DNA of 64,000 nt from a bacterium (lineage in GTDB: Bacteria; RBG-13-61-14; DATKZS01). The stretch spans positions 1,504,001 through 1,568,000 of the forward strand of contig CAXXFL010000001.1 of assembly GCA_963674965.2 (NCBI GenBank), read 5' to 3'. A program made the translations under genes and the position numbers. This document shows, piece by piece, positions 8,879 through 18,314 of the stretch (within the stretch, counting starts at the first letter, position 1; every line of letters starts with the position of its first letter). Below the pieces are notes generated by a model. The model made no database searches. It was given only the letters and a program-made list of their open reading frames with translations, and was not told where the DNA came from.

Positions 8879-9817
8879 ATGTCTAAAAAGCGAGCGTTGA
8901 TAACGGGGGGGGCCGGGTTTATCGGGTCCCATTTATGCGAGCGTTTCCTTGACGAGGGCTACAAGGTCCTTTGTTACGACAACCTTTTAACGGGCGAGAT
9001 GGACAATATTGCTCACTTGTTCGCGAACCCGGACTTTTGCTTTTTCAAGCAGGACGTGACCAATTACATTCACGTGAAGGGGGACTTGCATTACATCCTG
9101 CATTTCGCGTCACCCGCCTCTCCCATCGATTATCTCGAGCTTCCCATCCAGACCATGAAGGTGGGCAGTTTGGGAACGCACAAGGCCCTGGGCCTTGCCC
9201 TGGACAAGGGCGCGCGTCTTCTCCTTGCCAGCACCTCCGAGGTTTACGGCGACCCGCTGGTGCATCCGCAAAAGGAGGACTACTGGGGACACGTGAACCC
9301 CATCGGGCCAAGGGGAGTATATGACGAGGCCAAGCGCTTTTCCGAGGCCATGGTGATGGGGTATCACAGACATCACGGGGTCGAGACTCGCATCGTGCGC
9401 ATCTTCAACACCTTCGGTCCCCGGATGAGGAAAAGGGACGGCCGGGTGGTGCCCACCTTTATCGACCAGGCCCTGCGGGGCGAGGACCTTACCGTCTTCG
9501 GCGACGGGTCCCAGACCCGGAGCTTCTGTTACGTCTCCGACTTGGTGGAGGGCATATTCAGGCTGCTGCTTTGCGACTACGACCAGCCCGTCAACGTGGG
9601 CAACCCGGCGGAGATGACCATTTTGGACTTCGCCAGAAAAATCGTGGAGATGACGGGAACGTCCTCGAGGATAGTCTTCAAGGACCTGCCGGTGGACGAC
9701 CCCAAACAGAGGAAGCCGGATATATCCCTGGCCAAAAAGATACTAGACTGGGAGCCAAAGGTCGATCTCGAGTCCGGACTTAAACTTACCATCGACTGGT
9801 TCAAGGAAAAAGCCTGA
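8879..9817 (+). CDS. uxs: UDP-glucuronate decarboxylase (UDP-xylose synthase)
   Basis: [41 protein letters not shown]. Confidence 0.92.
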   Translation: MSKKRALITGGAGFIGSHLCERFLDEGYKVLCYDNLLTGEMDNIAHLFANPDFCFFKQDVTNYIHVKGDLHYILHFASPASPIDYLELPIQTMKVGSLGTHKALGLALDKGARLLLASTSEVYGDPLVHPQKEDYWGHVNPIGPRGVYDEAKRFSEAMVMGYHRHHGVETRIVRIFNTFGPRMRKRDGRVVPTFIDQALRGEDLTVFGDGSQTRSFCYVSDLVEGIFRLLLCDYDQPVNVGNPAEMTILDFARKIVEMTGTSSRIVFKDLPVDDPKQRKPDISLAKKILDWEPKVDLESGLKLTIDWFKEKA

Positions 9818-9827
9818 CGATCGAGGA

Positions 9828-10343
9828 TCAGGCCTTGTAGTTGAAGGTCTCGAACCTGTCCCGCCTGGCGCGGCACACGGGGCATTCGTCCGGCGGGACC
9901 TCCCTGCCGCAAAGATAACCGCATACCTTACAGCGCCAGGCCTTAAGCCCCGCGGCCTCGGGGTCTTCCCTTCGCTTCCTGCTCAACTCGAGCCGCTCCT
10001 CCTTGTCGAGCCTTCGCTCGGGAATGCTCGCGACCTCCCTTTTGCCGTCCACCACGTCCCGGGTCACGTAAAGAGAACAGTAACAGGCGCCGTACTCGAA
10101 CAGGTCCATGTCCCGATAGTCGCACGGGCAGATAACGTCGAGGTCCTCGAACTTGTCCCCCTCCAGAAGGCGGCAGGGACATCCCATGTAGCCGAAGCGC
10201 TCCATGTTCTGGACCATGCCCCCCATCAGGCTGACGACCATTTCATCGTCCGGGTTAAGGTGGTATCCGCCCGCCTCGGCTTCCCTTTCCAGTCTGGCCT
10301 TAAGGCGAAGCGCGGACTCGAGGACCGCTTTTTCATCCATCAT
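9828..10343 (-). CDS. Ferredoxin:disulfide reductase (FTR catalytic domain plus C-terminal rubredoxin)
   Basis: CPC...CPC...CYC FTR motifs; WRCKVCGY...ECPVC rubredoxin; start overlaps the glutaredoxin stop. Confidence 0.88.
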   Translation of the reverse strand: MMDEKAVLESALRLKARLEREAEAGGYHLNPDDEMVVSLMGGMVQNMERFGYMGCPCRLLEGDKFEDLDVICPCDYRDMDLFEYGACYCSLYVTRDVVDGKREVASIPERRLDKEERLELSRKRREDPEAAGLKAWRCKVCGYLCGREVPPDECPVCRARRDRFETFNYKA

Positions 10344-10600
10344 CCGAGGCATTCCTCCAACTCTTCCACCTTGTAGCCCTGGATTACCCTCGCTCCGTCG
10401 TTAACGATCACCACGGGAAAGGAAAGTCTGGAAACGAACTGAAGCACCCTGTCCTTGATCCGCTCGCGCTCTTCCCCCTGGGTCAGGTCCACGTAGACGG
10501 ACTCGTAGTCAATCCGGTTGTCGTCCAGCCACTGCTTAGTCTTCTTGCACCACCCGCAGGTGCTGAGTCCATAAAACTCAACCTTGGAGTTCCCGGCCAT
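10340..10600 (-). CDS. Glutaredoxin/NrdH-like redoxin
   Basis: LSTCGWCKK active site, SFPVV cis-Pro; GGAGG RBS before ATG 10600. Confidence 0.88.
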   Translation of the reverse strand: MAGNSKVEFYGLSTCGWCKKTKQWLDDNRIDYESVYVDLTQGEERERIKDRVLQFVSRLSFPVVIVNDGARVIQGYKVEELEECLG

Positions 10601-10861
10601 AACTTCCTCCTTTTCTTGTTGCCCTCGAACCAAAAAGCACGCTCTTCAACGAGTTCTATTATAGACGCCCGCTTGAAGATTCGGTTTCAATAATACGGCA
10701 ACTTGGCGGGAAAGCACAAGAGACCGCGGGGAGCGGGGCAAAGAAAACTCGAAAGACCGGACGGGCGTGGCGCCATATCCTTGAACTCACGCCCTCCCGC
10801 ATGTCATACAGGATATATCTTGGCCAATATGCAATTTTTATACTTTGCCTTTGGCTCGGTC

Positions 10862-10890
10862 TTGACATTCGGGAACTCTTTGGCAAGAAT
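10862..10890 (+). promoter_or_regulatory. Possible sigma70 promoter for the zinc-ribbon gene
   Basis: TTGACA, 17 nt, AAGAAT (weak -10). Confidence 0.4.
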
Positions 10891-10923
10891 AAGTATGTAA
10901 GCAGGATTAAAGACGAGGTTTCA

Positions 10924-11343
10924 ATGGAAATAATCGAATGTAAAGAATGCGGCGCCCGTTTGATACCGGAGTTGCCCTTCTGCCCGAAATGCGGGGCCGA
11001 CGCCGGCATCGAGATACCCACCGACGTGCGATGCGAATGCGGCTTTCTCCTTTGCAAGCTCTCGGAGGACGCCATCGAGGTCAAGTGTCGCCGGTGCAAG
11101 CGCCTGGTTTACGTGCCCATCGACGACGTGCCCGCCCGGTTCGAGCGCAACAAGAAGATGGAGGAGAAGCGCTCCCAATTCGTTCCCCGGAGCAGCCATC
11201 CGAGGGAGCCGAGGCCGGCCGGCGACCACAAGGGTCAGTATTGCTCGGTATGCGGGAAATACAAGCCCAACGTGGTTTACGGCAAATGCCTTGACTGCCG
11301 CACCGAGTCGATCAAGATACAGTACCGCACCAGGACGAGGTGA
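10924..11343 (+). CDS. Triple zinc-ribbon protein with a Mu Com-like central domain
   Basis: GAGG RBS; CKEC/CPKC, CEC/CRRC and CSVC/CLDC pairs; basic C-terminus. Confidence 0.7.
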   Translation: MEIIECKECGARLIPELPFCPKCGADAGIEIPTDVRCECGFLLCKLSEDAIEVKCRRCKRLVYVPIDDVPARFERNKKMEEKRSQFVPRSSHPREPRPAGDHKGQYCSVCGKYKPNVVYGKCLDCRTESIKIQYRTRTR

Positions 11344-11511
11344 TCTCGGACGCAACACCGTACTGGGCTTTGGATGGGTACCATCAAGCCTTCCAGCATG
11401 ACTCCACTTCACGATCGCCAATGACGGACGCTTGCCGGGTTTTTACCGCTTTCACGCTTATTCACGGGCCTTTTGACGCGGCGCCATAGCCGCGTCCATG
11501 CGCCGCTCGCC

Positions 11512-13230
11512 TCAATACCCGCCTCCGCCGCCGGAGAACTCCTCGAGGGGAAGATCGGTCTTGCCGATGGCGGCCAGGGCCACCGAGCCCGGGCTAATCA
11601 CGTCGCGCTCGGCGATGACGTTGACCAGGGCCGGTTTTCCCGAGTCCACGGCCCGTTGCAGGGCGGGCTTTATGTCCTCGGGTTTTTCGACCTCCTCGCC
11701 GTGGCCTCCAAGGGCCTCGACCAGCTTGTGGTAAGGAACGTAGCCAAGGTCGGTGCAGGGATGGCGGTCCATGCCGAAGCGGAGCTGGTGGCTATGCCTG
11801 ATCATGCCCCAGGCCTGGTCGTTGTTTACTATGACCACGATGGGAAGGTTGAGCCTCACGGCCGTGTGAAACTCCATGAAGTTGAAACCGAGCGACCCGT
11901 CGCCAACCACCGCGAACACCCGCCGCTCGGGCTCGAGCATCTTGGCCGCGGCCGCGTAGGGCAGTCCCACTCCCAAGCAGCCGAAGAGCCCCGACTCGAT
12001 GGAGCCGCCGGGACGGTGATTGGTCCGGACCATGTTCATCCAGATCGAGGTGTCGCCTCCATCGAGGGCCAGGGTGTCCTCCGGCTGAAGGAACTCGTCG
12101 ATCTCCTTCATCAGCCGGGCCGGATGAATAGGCGTCTGGTCCGAGCCGCTTTGCGCCGCGAAGGACGCCAGCGACGCGGCCGCCGCCCCGTCCAGGGCCT
12201 CGCGCCAGGGCGCGTATTTTTGCGGGTCGGCCTTGCCCTCGAGAAGGTCCGCCAGTTGGGTAAGGGCCCGTCCGGCGTCGCCCACCAAAGCCACGTCCGC
12301 CGGCCGGTTGCGGTCCACCTCCTCGGGGTCGATGTTGATATGCACGATTTTGGCGCCCGCGTTAAAGAGCTTGCCGTGAGCGTAGAAGAGGCTGACCCTG
12401 GTCCCGCATAAAATAACGAGGTCGCTCTGGGACAGCCCGAAAAGGGCCGCTCCCGGACGGATGGCCAGGGAAGGCCCGTAGCAAAGGGGATGGGAGTCGG
12501 GCAGACATCCCTTTCCCATGGAGGCGGTGAAGCAGGGAACGCCCGAGGTCTCGACGAAGCGTTTAAGCTGCTCCATGGCCTTGGCCATCCATACTCCCGA
12601 GCCGGCCACGATGATGGGCTTCTCGGCGGCGAGGACCGCCTGGGCCACTTCCTTAGCCGCGGCCGGGTCGGCCGCGGGGGGCGAGGGCTCGGTAACCTTG
12701 CCCCAGCTTATATATTGCTCGTCAACCTGGGCGCCCAGAATATCGGTGGGTATCTCGACGTAGACCGGGCCCGGACGGCCCGAGCGGGCCCGGGTCATGG
12801 CCTCGTGGATCACCGCCGGGATGCGCTCGGGGTTCTCTACCCGGCGCGACCACTTGACCATCGGCTTGATCACCGAGTGCTGGTCCATTTCCTGAAGGTC
12901 AAGCCGCCCGACCATGTTGGTGGGAACCACGCCCGAGAGAACGACCATGGGAACGCCCGCCAACTGGGCGTTGGCCACTCCAGTTATGGCGTTGGTGAAG
13001 CCCGGTCCCGCCGTGACCAGGGCCACGCCGGGAAGGCCCGTCAGACGGGCCTGGGCGTCGGCCATCATCACCGAGGCCTGCTCGTGGCGGTTGTCGTAAA
13101 GGCTTATGTCCGAGTCCATAAGGGCGTCGGTAATATGCGAGATATGACCGCCCCCGATGTGGAAAACGTGCGCCACCCGCTCCTCGGTTAACGCCTTGAC
13201 AACCATCTGACCGCCGTGAATTTTGCCCAT
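11512..13230 (-). CDS. Thiamine-diphosphate enzyme, 2-hydroxyacyl-CoA lyase/IlvB-like family
   Basis: RHEQAS, TAGPG, GRPGPVY, GDGSLGF...NND TPP motif; GGHI and DGG features. Confidence 0.85.
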   Translation of the reverse strand: MGKIHGGQMVVKALTEERVAHVFHIGGGHISHITDALMDSDISLYDNRHEQASVMMADAQARLTGLPGVALVTAGPGFTNAITGVANAQLAGVPMVVLSGVVPTNMVGRLDLQEMDQHSVIKPMVKWSRRVENPERIPAVIHEAMTRARSGRPGPVYVEIPTDILGAQVDEQYISWGKVTEPSPPAADPAAAKEVAQAVLAAEKPIIVAGSGVWMAKAMEQLKRFVETSGVPCFTASMGKGCLPDSHPLCYGPSLAIRPGAALFGLSQSDLVILCGTRVSLFYAHGKLFNAGAKIVHINIDPEEVDRNRPADVALVGDAGRALTQLADLLEGKADPQKYAPWREALDGAAAASLASFAAQSGSDQTPIHPARLMKEIDEFLQPEDTLALDGGDTSIWMNMVRTNHRPGGSIESGLFGCLGVGLPYAAAAKMLEPERRVFAVVGDGSLGFNFMEFHTAVRLNLPIVVIVNNDQAWGMIRHSHQLRFGMDRHPCTDLGYVPYHKLVEALGGHGEEVEKPEDIKPALQRAVDSGKPALVNVIAERDVISPGSVALAAIGKTDLPLEEFSGGGGGY

Positions 13231-13383
13231 GACTACTCCTTTTTTTTATTTACCGCCCGGCCCCGCCGCCGGGACATGCGCCGGCAACGGGCTTTATTAC
13301 TCTTCATTTCTCGGCCGTCCGGCCCGGATAGGAATGCTCGGGGGATTGGCGAGGGCGGGACGGATAACGTAAAAAGCTTATCT

Positions 13384-13424
13384 TAAAAAGCCCGCCGGTC
13401 CAAGTTAAGGTTTTCATGGACCGG
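13384..13424 (-). terminator. Possible intrinsic terminator after ackA
   Basis: CCGGTCCA/TGGACCGG stem followed on the minus strand by CGGGCTTTTT. Confidence 0.4.
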
Positions 13425-13427
13425 GAT

Positions 13428-14651
13428 TTATAATCGCGACCGTTCGTCCGGCGAGAGCGCCTCGTGGGTTTTCCTCGCGATCTCAAGCTCCTCGTTGGTC
13501 GGTATGACCAGCGCTTTCACGCGCGAGGCCGGCGAGCTTATCTCGCGGGCCTCATGGCCGGGCTTTTCGTTTTTCTCCCGGTCCAACTCTAGGCCGAGAC
13601 ACTCGAGGCCCTCGAGGCAGGCGGCCCTTATTTCCGGGGAGTTCTCGCCAATGCCGGCGGTGAAAACGACCGCGTCGGCCCCGCCCAGGGCGGCCATGTA
13701 GGCGCCGATGTATTTCTTGACCCGGTAGGCGTAGACCTCGAGGGCGAGGGCCGCGTCGCCGTCGCCCTTGGCCTTTCGGGCAAGGATTTCCCTTACGTCG
13801 TTCTCGCCGCAAAGTCCCTTCAGGCCGCTCCTTTTATTGAGGGCGTCGTTTATCTCGTCAAGACCCATGCCCGCGTTCGAGGCAAGGTGGAAGACTATCG
13901 AGGGATCGACGTCGCCCGATCTCGTTCCCATGACCAGCCCCTCGAGCGGCGTCATGCCCATGGAGGTGTCGATGCATTTGCCCTTTTTGATCGCGGCCAT
14001 GCTGGCGCCGTTTCCCAGGTGTATGGTTATTAGCGAGACTTCATCCGGCTTTTTGCCCAGCATCCGGGCCGCCAGTTCCGAGACGTGTCCGTGCGACGAG
14101 CCGTGGAAGCCGTAGCGCCTTATCCCGAACTCGATGTATAACTCCGGGGGCAGGGCGTAGCGAAAGGCCCGGGCGGGCATGGTCTGGTGAAAGGCCGTGT
14201 CGAATACCGCCACGTGAACGGCCTTGTCGAACACGGACATGGCCACCTCGATACCGACCAGGTTGACCGGGTTGTGAAGAGGGGCGAGGGCAAAGTTACG
14301 TTTGATGGCTTCGATGACGCGGCCATCGATGATGGCGGGTCTTACGAAGTCCTCCCCCCCGTGGACCACGCGATGTCCAACCGCCTCGACCTCGGAGGCT
14401 GCGGTTAGCACTCCCGTCTCCGGGTCCGTGAGCGCGTCCGCCACCAGCCTCATCCCGCTCCGATGGTCGGGCGCGAGCCTTTCACCGGACTTTTGCCTCA
14501 CCTCGCCGTCGCGAAGGAAGGTCGCCGTGAGGGCGCTGGTTTCCTCCCCGATCCTCTCGAGCACGCCCGAGGCAAGGACTAGGTTTCCCGCCATGTCGAA
14601 AAGCCGGTACTTGATCGAGGAGCTTCCCGTGTTGATAACCAGTATTTTCAT
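13428..14651 (-). CDS. ackA: Acetate kinase
   Basis: NTGSSSIK, GHRVVHGG, APLHNP, RRYGFHG, HLGNGAS, FTAGIGEN, PTNEE. Confidence 0.95.
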   Translation of the reverse strand: MKILVINTGSSSIKYRLFDMAGNLVLASGVLERIGEETSALTATFLRDGEVRQKSGERLAPDHRSGMRLVADALTDPETGVLTAASEVEAVGHRVVHGGEDFVRPAIIDGRVIEAIKRNFALAPLHNPVNLVGIEVAMSVFDKAVHVAVFDTAFHQTMPARAFRYALPPELYIEFGIRRYGFHGSSHGHVSELAARMLGKKPDEVSLITIHLGNGASMAAIKKGKCIDTSMGMTPLEGLVMGTRSGDVDPSIVFHLASNAGMGLDEINDALNKRSGLKGLCGENDVREILARKAKGDGDAALALEVYAYRVKKYIGAYMAALGGADAVVFTAGIGENSPEIRAACLEGLECLGLELDREKNEKPGHEAREISSPASRVKALVIPTNEELEIARKTHEALSPDERSRL

Positions 14652-14672
14652 GGCGGCCCTTCCCGCCCTTCT

Positions 14673-15545
14673 TTAGCTCGCCACCCGGGCGAACCCGGCC
14701 AGGGCCGTCTGGCCGCTCGCGTTAACGGCGTTGAAGCAAAGTACCGTCGAGTTTTTCTCGGGCCTCCTCTCGAGAAGGTTCACTTGAAAAGTCGTGCCCG
14801 GGATTATCATGCCGGTGAAGCGGCAGGCGATCTCCTTTAACCTGTCCGGGTCCTTGCCCGCTTCCCTCTCGACCAGTTCCCTGGCGCACATGGCGAGGGT
14901 GCAGGTGCCCTGCACAATTATATCCGGCAGACCCACGGCCCGGGCGAAGGCGGGCGAGGTGTGAATGGGAAAGACGACGTCCGAGCATCCGTCGTAAAGG
15001 TAAGGCGTCGCCCTGGTCGTCGGTACCGCGGCGGTCCACTCGGGCTCGGCTGCTTCACCGGCGACGGTCGGAATTACCTCTCGCTCTCCCGCGCTCTCAC
15101 CTTTCAGCTTAACGCCCCTGAACATGGCCCCGTTGTACTCGGTAAAAACGGGTTGGCCCTTTTTGTCCAGGGCCTCGATCCGCAGCACGAACAGGACGCC
15201 GGCCCGGGTCTGGATGACCGAGGAAACGCTTCCCCTTAGAAGTATCTCGTCTCCCGGCAGAACAAGCCGATGGAACACTATCCGCTCGGTGGCGTGGACC
15301 ATGGTCGAGACGACCTCCCCGGGTATGCGGTCGGAGAAGACCTCGTTCATGGCCATGGCCATGGGCCAGGTAAGGGCAACCGCGAAGAGGGGAGGGGCAA
15401 CGAGCCCGCCCTGTGACGAGTCGTCGAAGTAGCGGGGATTGTCCTCACCCGCGGCCGCCGCGTAGTTGGTGGTCATCCGCCATGTGACCTCCCGCCTGAT
15501 CTCGGGAAGCGCCGCCCCGTGGATGCTCGAGTCGAGTTCCGGCAT
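14673..15545 (-). CDS. MaoC-family double hot-dog dehydratase/(R)-enoyl-CoA hydratase
   Basis: YAAA.GEDNP.Y, APPLFAV, SD..FPIHT...A...GLP..IVQG; GGAGG RBS. Confidence 0.8.
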   Translation of the reverse strand: MPELDSSIHGAALPEIRREVTWRMTTNYAAAAGEDNPRYFDDSSQGGLVAPPLFAVALTWPMAMAMNEVFSDRIPGEVVSTMVHATERIVFHRLVLPGDEILLRGSVSSVIQTRAGVLFVLRIEALDKKGQPVFTEYNGAMFRGVKLKGESAGEREVIPTVAGEAAEPEWTAAVPTTRATPYLYDGCSDVVFPIHTSPAFARAVGLPDIIVQGTCTLAMCARELVEREAGKDPDRLKEIACRFTGMIIPGTTFQVNLLERRPEKNSTVLCFNAVNASGQTALAGFARVAS

Positions 15546-15639
15546 ATACTATCCTCCTTATGGGCCACTGCCGACCCAAGCCAGGATACCATCGATATAT
15601 GGAGTTGAGAAGAACGGGAGGCGCGGGAAAAATTTTCCC

Positions 15640-16392
15640 TCACCAGCCCATTTTCGTAAGCCACCGATTGGTGAAGAAGTAAAGAAGACCCGAGGTGACG
15701 GCGTATGCCAGGACCACCAGCCAGAAGCCGGGAAGAACGGCGGCCTCGACGGCGAAAAGCGCGAGGGCCAGGACGGCGATCAATCCGAAGAACCTGTCCT
15801 TTTGTTTTTGAGGAGCCGCGGGCCACTGGTCGGCGTAGACCTCTCCCGACACGGCGTCCACCAGGGCCTTGTGAGCGGAGTTCTGGCAGGTATAGTCAAC
15901 CTCGTACATGGGAAGGTGAAGGAGGGTGGCCGACTGAAACTTGAGGCCCGGAGTATCCAGGAGTATAAGCCCCTCGGCGGCGGCCTCCTCCAAAAGCGCC
16001 TGGGGCTCGACGACCTTAAATGACTCCGTAAGTTCCGCGCTGTAAAGTTTCAACTCTCCGGCGGGCTGGGCTACCTTTCTGAGTCCCTCCAGGGGAGTCA
16101 TGGCGGCGGGCACGACCACCACTTTGCCGCCCGAGGTCTCGAGCTTCCAAAAGGGAAGATACGATATTTTATGGGTCGTTACCTCGACGGGGTCCTTTAT
16201 TTCCATGTAAGAGATTTTGCGCTGGATCACCGGTCCCAAGTCCGAGTCCGGCTTTTGCGCGACCATGTAATAATGCTTGATGGTGCGGTCGGTCTCGACG
16301 TAGAGCGCGGTCTCGCAATAGGGGCACCTTATAAAGTCGGAGTCTTCCTCGATGGGGACCTTGGCCCCGCACTGGGTGCATTTAATATCCAT
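15640..16392 (-). CDS. Zinc-ribbon membrane protein (YdjG-like)
   Basis: N-terminal CTQCGA...CPYC, YLPFW, VDAVSGEV, two C-terminal TMs. Confidence 0.7.
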   Translation of the reverse strand: MDIKCTQCGAKVPIEEDSDFIRCPYCETALYVETDRTIKHYYMVAQKPDSDLGPVIQRKISYMEIKDPVEVTTHKISYLPFWKLETSGGKVVVVPAAMTPLEGLRKVAQPAGELKLYSAELTESFKVVEPQALLEEAAAEGLILLDTPGLKFQSATLLHLPMYEVDYTCQNSAHKALVDAVSGEVYADQWPAAPQKQKDRFFGLIAVLALALFAVEAAVLPGFWLVVLAYAVTSGLLYFFTNRWLTKMGW

Positions 16393-16499
16393 GTCGAGAA
16401 GGTCTGGTCTGGCTGGTGTCCTTTATTTTCGCGGCGCCCGCTCGGGACGGGCGGCCAATTCCGTCATCATCGAAAAACTATCAATTTCAAAGGCGTAAT

Positions 16500-17693
16500 T
16501 CATTCAGTCTTTTGTCCGCAGTTGGGGCAGAACTTGGCGCCGGGCTCCAATTCGGCCTGGCAGTTTTTGCACTTGGGTTTTTCAAGGAGGTTGAACCCGC
16601 AGTTTCCGCAGAACTTGTTGGTCGAGAGGACGGCGGCCCCGCAGTTGGGGCATTTGAGTTCCTCGGCCATTTTCTCTCCGCAGCTCGGGCAGAACTTGGA
16701 CCCCGCGGGGACGGACCCCTGGCACTTGGGGCACGCGATGGCGGCGACCGCGCCGGCGGCGGCCCCGGACGCTCCCGCGGCGGCCGTTCCCGCGCCCTGG
16801 GTTTGTCCCTGGGCCTGTCCCGGGTTCATCATTCCGCCCATGGCCTGGGCCATCATGCCGGGCATCATCATGCCCATGCCCGCGCCCACGCCTATTCCCA
16901 TGCCCGCGGCGGCGGCCCCGCCTCCGCCTTCTCCCCTGGCCGCGTCCCTCATGCTCTTGGCGGCCTGGAACTGCATGAACTTGTTCATGTCGCCCACGGC
17001 GGCCATGCTCGAGCGCTCGTCGATCATCTTCTGCACTTCCTCGGGAGGGGTGATGGCCTGGATGAAGAAGTCGCGCAGCTCGAGGCCGTACTGGGTGAAG
17101 TCGGGCTCGAGCCTGTCGGTCTTGAGATGGAAGGCCAACTCGTCGTAGCTCTGGGGCAGGTCGAAGACGCTCTCGACCCTCTCGCCCAGCACGTCGTTGA
17201 ACCTGGCCACGATCACGTCCTTTAGATAACGCTGGACGTCGTCGGTCTCGTACCTGCCCATGCCGCCTACCAGGTTGTTTATGACCAGGAGGGGTTCCTT
17301 GACCTGCATGGTGAAGTTGCCGAAGGCCCGGAGCCTGACGATGCCAAGTTCCTTGTCGCGGAAAGCCACGGGCTCCTTGGTCCCCCACTTGAGGTTGGTG
17401 AAGACCTTCATGTTCACGAACATGACCTCGGTGCGGAAGGGAGAATTGGGACCGAAGCCGGCTATTTTCTTCAGGAGTCCGGTTAAAATCGGAAGGTTCT
17501 GGGTGCTCAGGGTATGGCGGCCGGGCCCCAGGACGTCCATGCCCTTGCCGTCGCGGAAGAACACGGCCATCTGGTTCTCGCGCACGATGAGCTGGCTGCC
17601 GTACTTGGTTTCCGCCGATCCCTGCTCGGGCACGCGATGTACCAGCTCCTCGCCGGTGGGGTCCACGTATTCGATTATATCAAGCATTGCCAT
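16500..17693 (-). CDS. SPFH-domain protein with C-terminal zinc ribbons (YdjI-like)
   Basis: GSQLIVRENQMAVF, GPGRHTL, KWGT.EP, LRAFG; Gly/Met-rich linker; six CxxC. Confidence 0.88.
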   Translation of the reverse strand: MAMLDIIEYVDPTGEELVHRVPEQGSAETKYGSQLIVRENQMAVFFRDGKGMDVLGPGRHTLSTQNLPILTGLLKKIAGFGPNSPFRTEVMFVNMKVFTNLKWGTKEPVAFRDKELGIVRLRAFGNFTMQVKEPLLVINNLVGGMGRYETDDVQRYLKDVIVARFNDVLGERVESVFDLPQSYDELAFHLKTDRLEPDFTQYGLELRDFFIQAITPPEEVQKMIDERSSMAAVGDMNKFMQFQAAKSMRDAARGEGGGGAAAAGMGIGVGAGMGMMMPGMMAQAMGGMMNPGQAQGQTQGAGTAAAGASGAAAGAVAAIACPKCQGSVPAGSKFCPSCGEKMAEELKCPNCGAAVLSTNKFCGNCGFNLLEKPKCKNCQAELEPGAKFCPNCGQKTE

Positions 17694-17721
17694 GTCGTAG
17701 CCTCCTTGTCATTGGTAAGGG

Positions 17722-18246
17722 TCAAACCGCCTTGGGCAGGACCGTGGAGGAATATTGCTCGCGCTGGCCCAGCTTCTCGTCGAACTCGGCAAGGGCGTCC
17801 TCGAAGTCCATCAGGGCCTCCTTGACGCTTATGGAGGGGTCGCTGATGGACTCCTCCGCCAGGCGCTGAAGCTTCTCGACGTCGTCGAAGAGTTTCTCGT
17901 CGAAGTCAAGGAGGGCCATCAGGTCGCGCTCGGTCACCTCCTGGGGATCGAAAAGTCCCTGGTACCCTCTCGAGTCGTACTTGATGGTGTCGCGGACCTT
18001 GCGAACGCGCTTGCAGACGCGGTCGAGCCGGTCGAGTCCCTGGAGGGCGGCCATGCCCTTTGCCTGGCTTCTGGCGTCCGAGGCCTTGGCCACGGTCTTG
18101 GCCAGCTTGTCTACCCTCTTTACCAGCTCGTCCCGAATCTCCTTGTCCGCGTCGCGCAGGTTTTCCCTGGCGAGGTAGGTCTTAAGGCCGGGGACCTTGT
18201 TCTGGGCCCAGCTTTCGAGCCTCTTTGGCAGGCTTGCATAAGTCAT
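17722..18246 (-). CDS. Conserved helical hypothetical protein in the SPFH cluster
   Basis: VPG...Y..RENLRDADK and RGYQGLFD motifs; AAGGAGG RBS; co-oriented with the SPFH gene. Confidence 0.7.
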   Translation of the reverse strand: MTYASLPKRLESWAQNKVPGLKTYLARENLRDADKEIRDELVKRVDKLAKTVAKASDARSQAKGMAALQGLDRLDRVCKRVRKVRDTIKYDSRGYQGLFDPQEVTERDLMALLDFDEKLFDDVEKLQRLAEESISDPSISVKEALMDFEDALAEFDEKLGQREQYSSTVLPKAV

Positions 18247-18314
18247 GTAACGCCCTCCTTGCTATGATCGGTTTAGTCCCGTTGTCTCGCGGGCCTGAGT
18301 CTTCATGGCGGCCG

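Noticed and set aside
10700-10815. Possible 6S RNA (CCTTGAAC, GGGCGTG/CACGCCC stem)
   Set aside because: No long closing stem or central bubble could be built by eye; an Rfam search would settle it
11475-11496. GACGCGGC/GCCGCGTC hairpin between convergent genes
   Set aside because: No U tract after the stem on either strand; not called as a terminator
13231-13427. TPP riboswitch upstream of the TPP enzyme
   Set aside because: No CTGAGA core or aptamer structure
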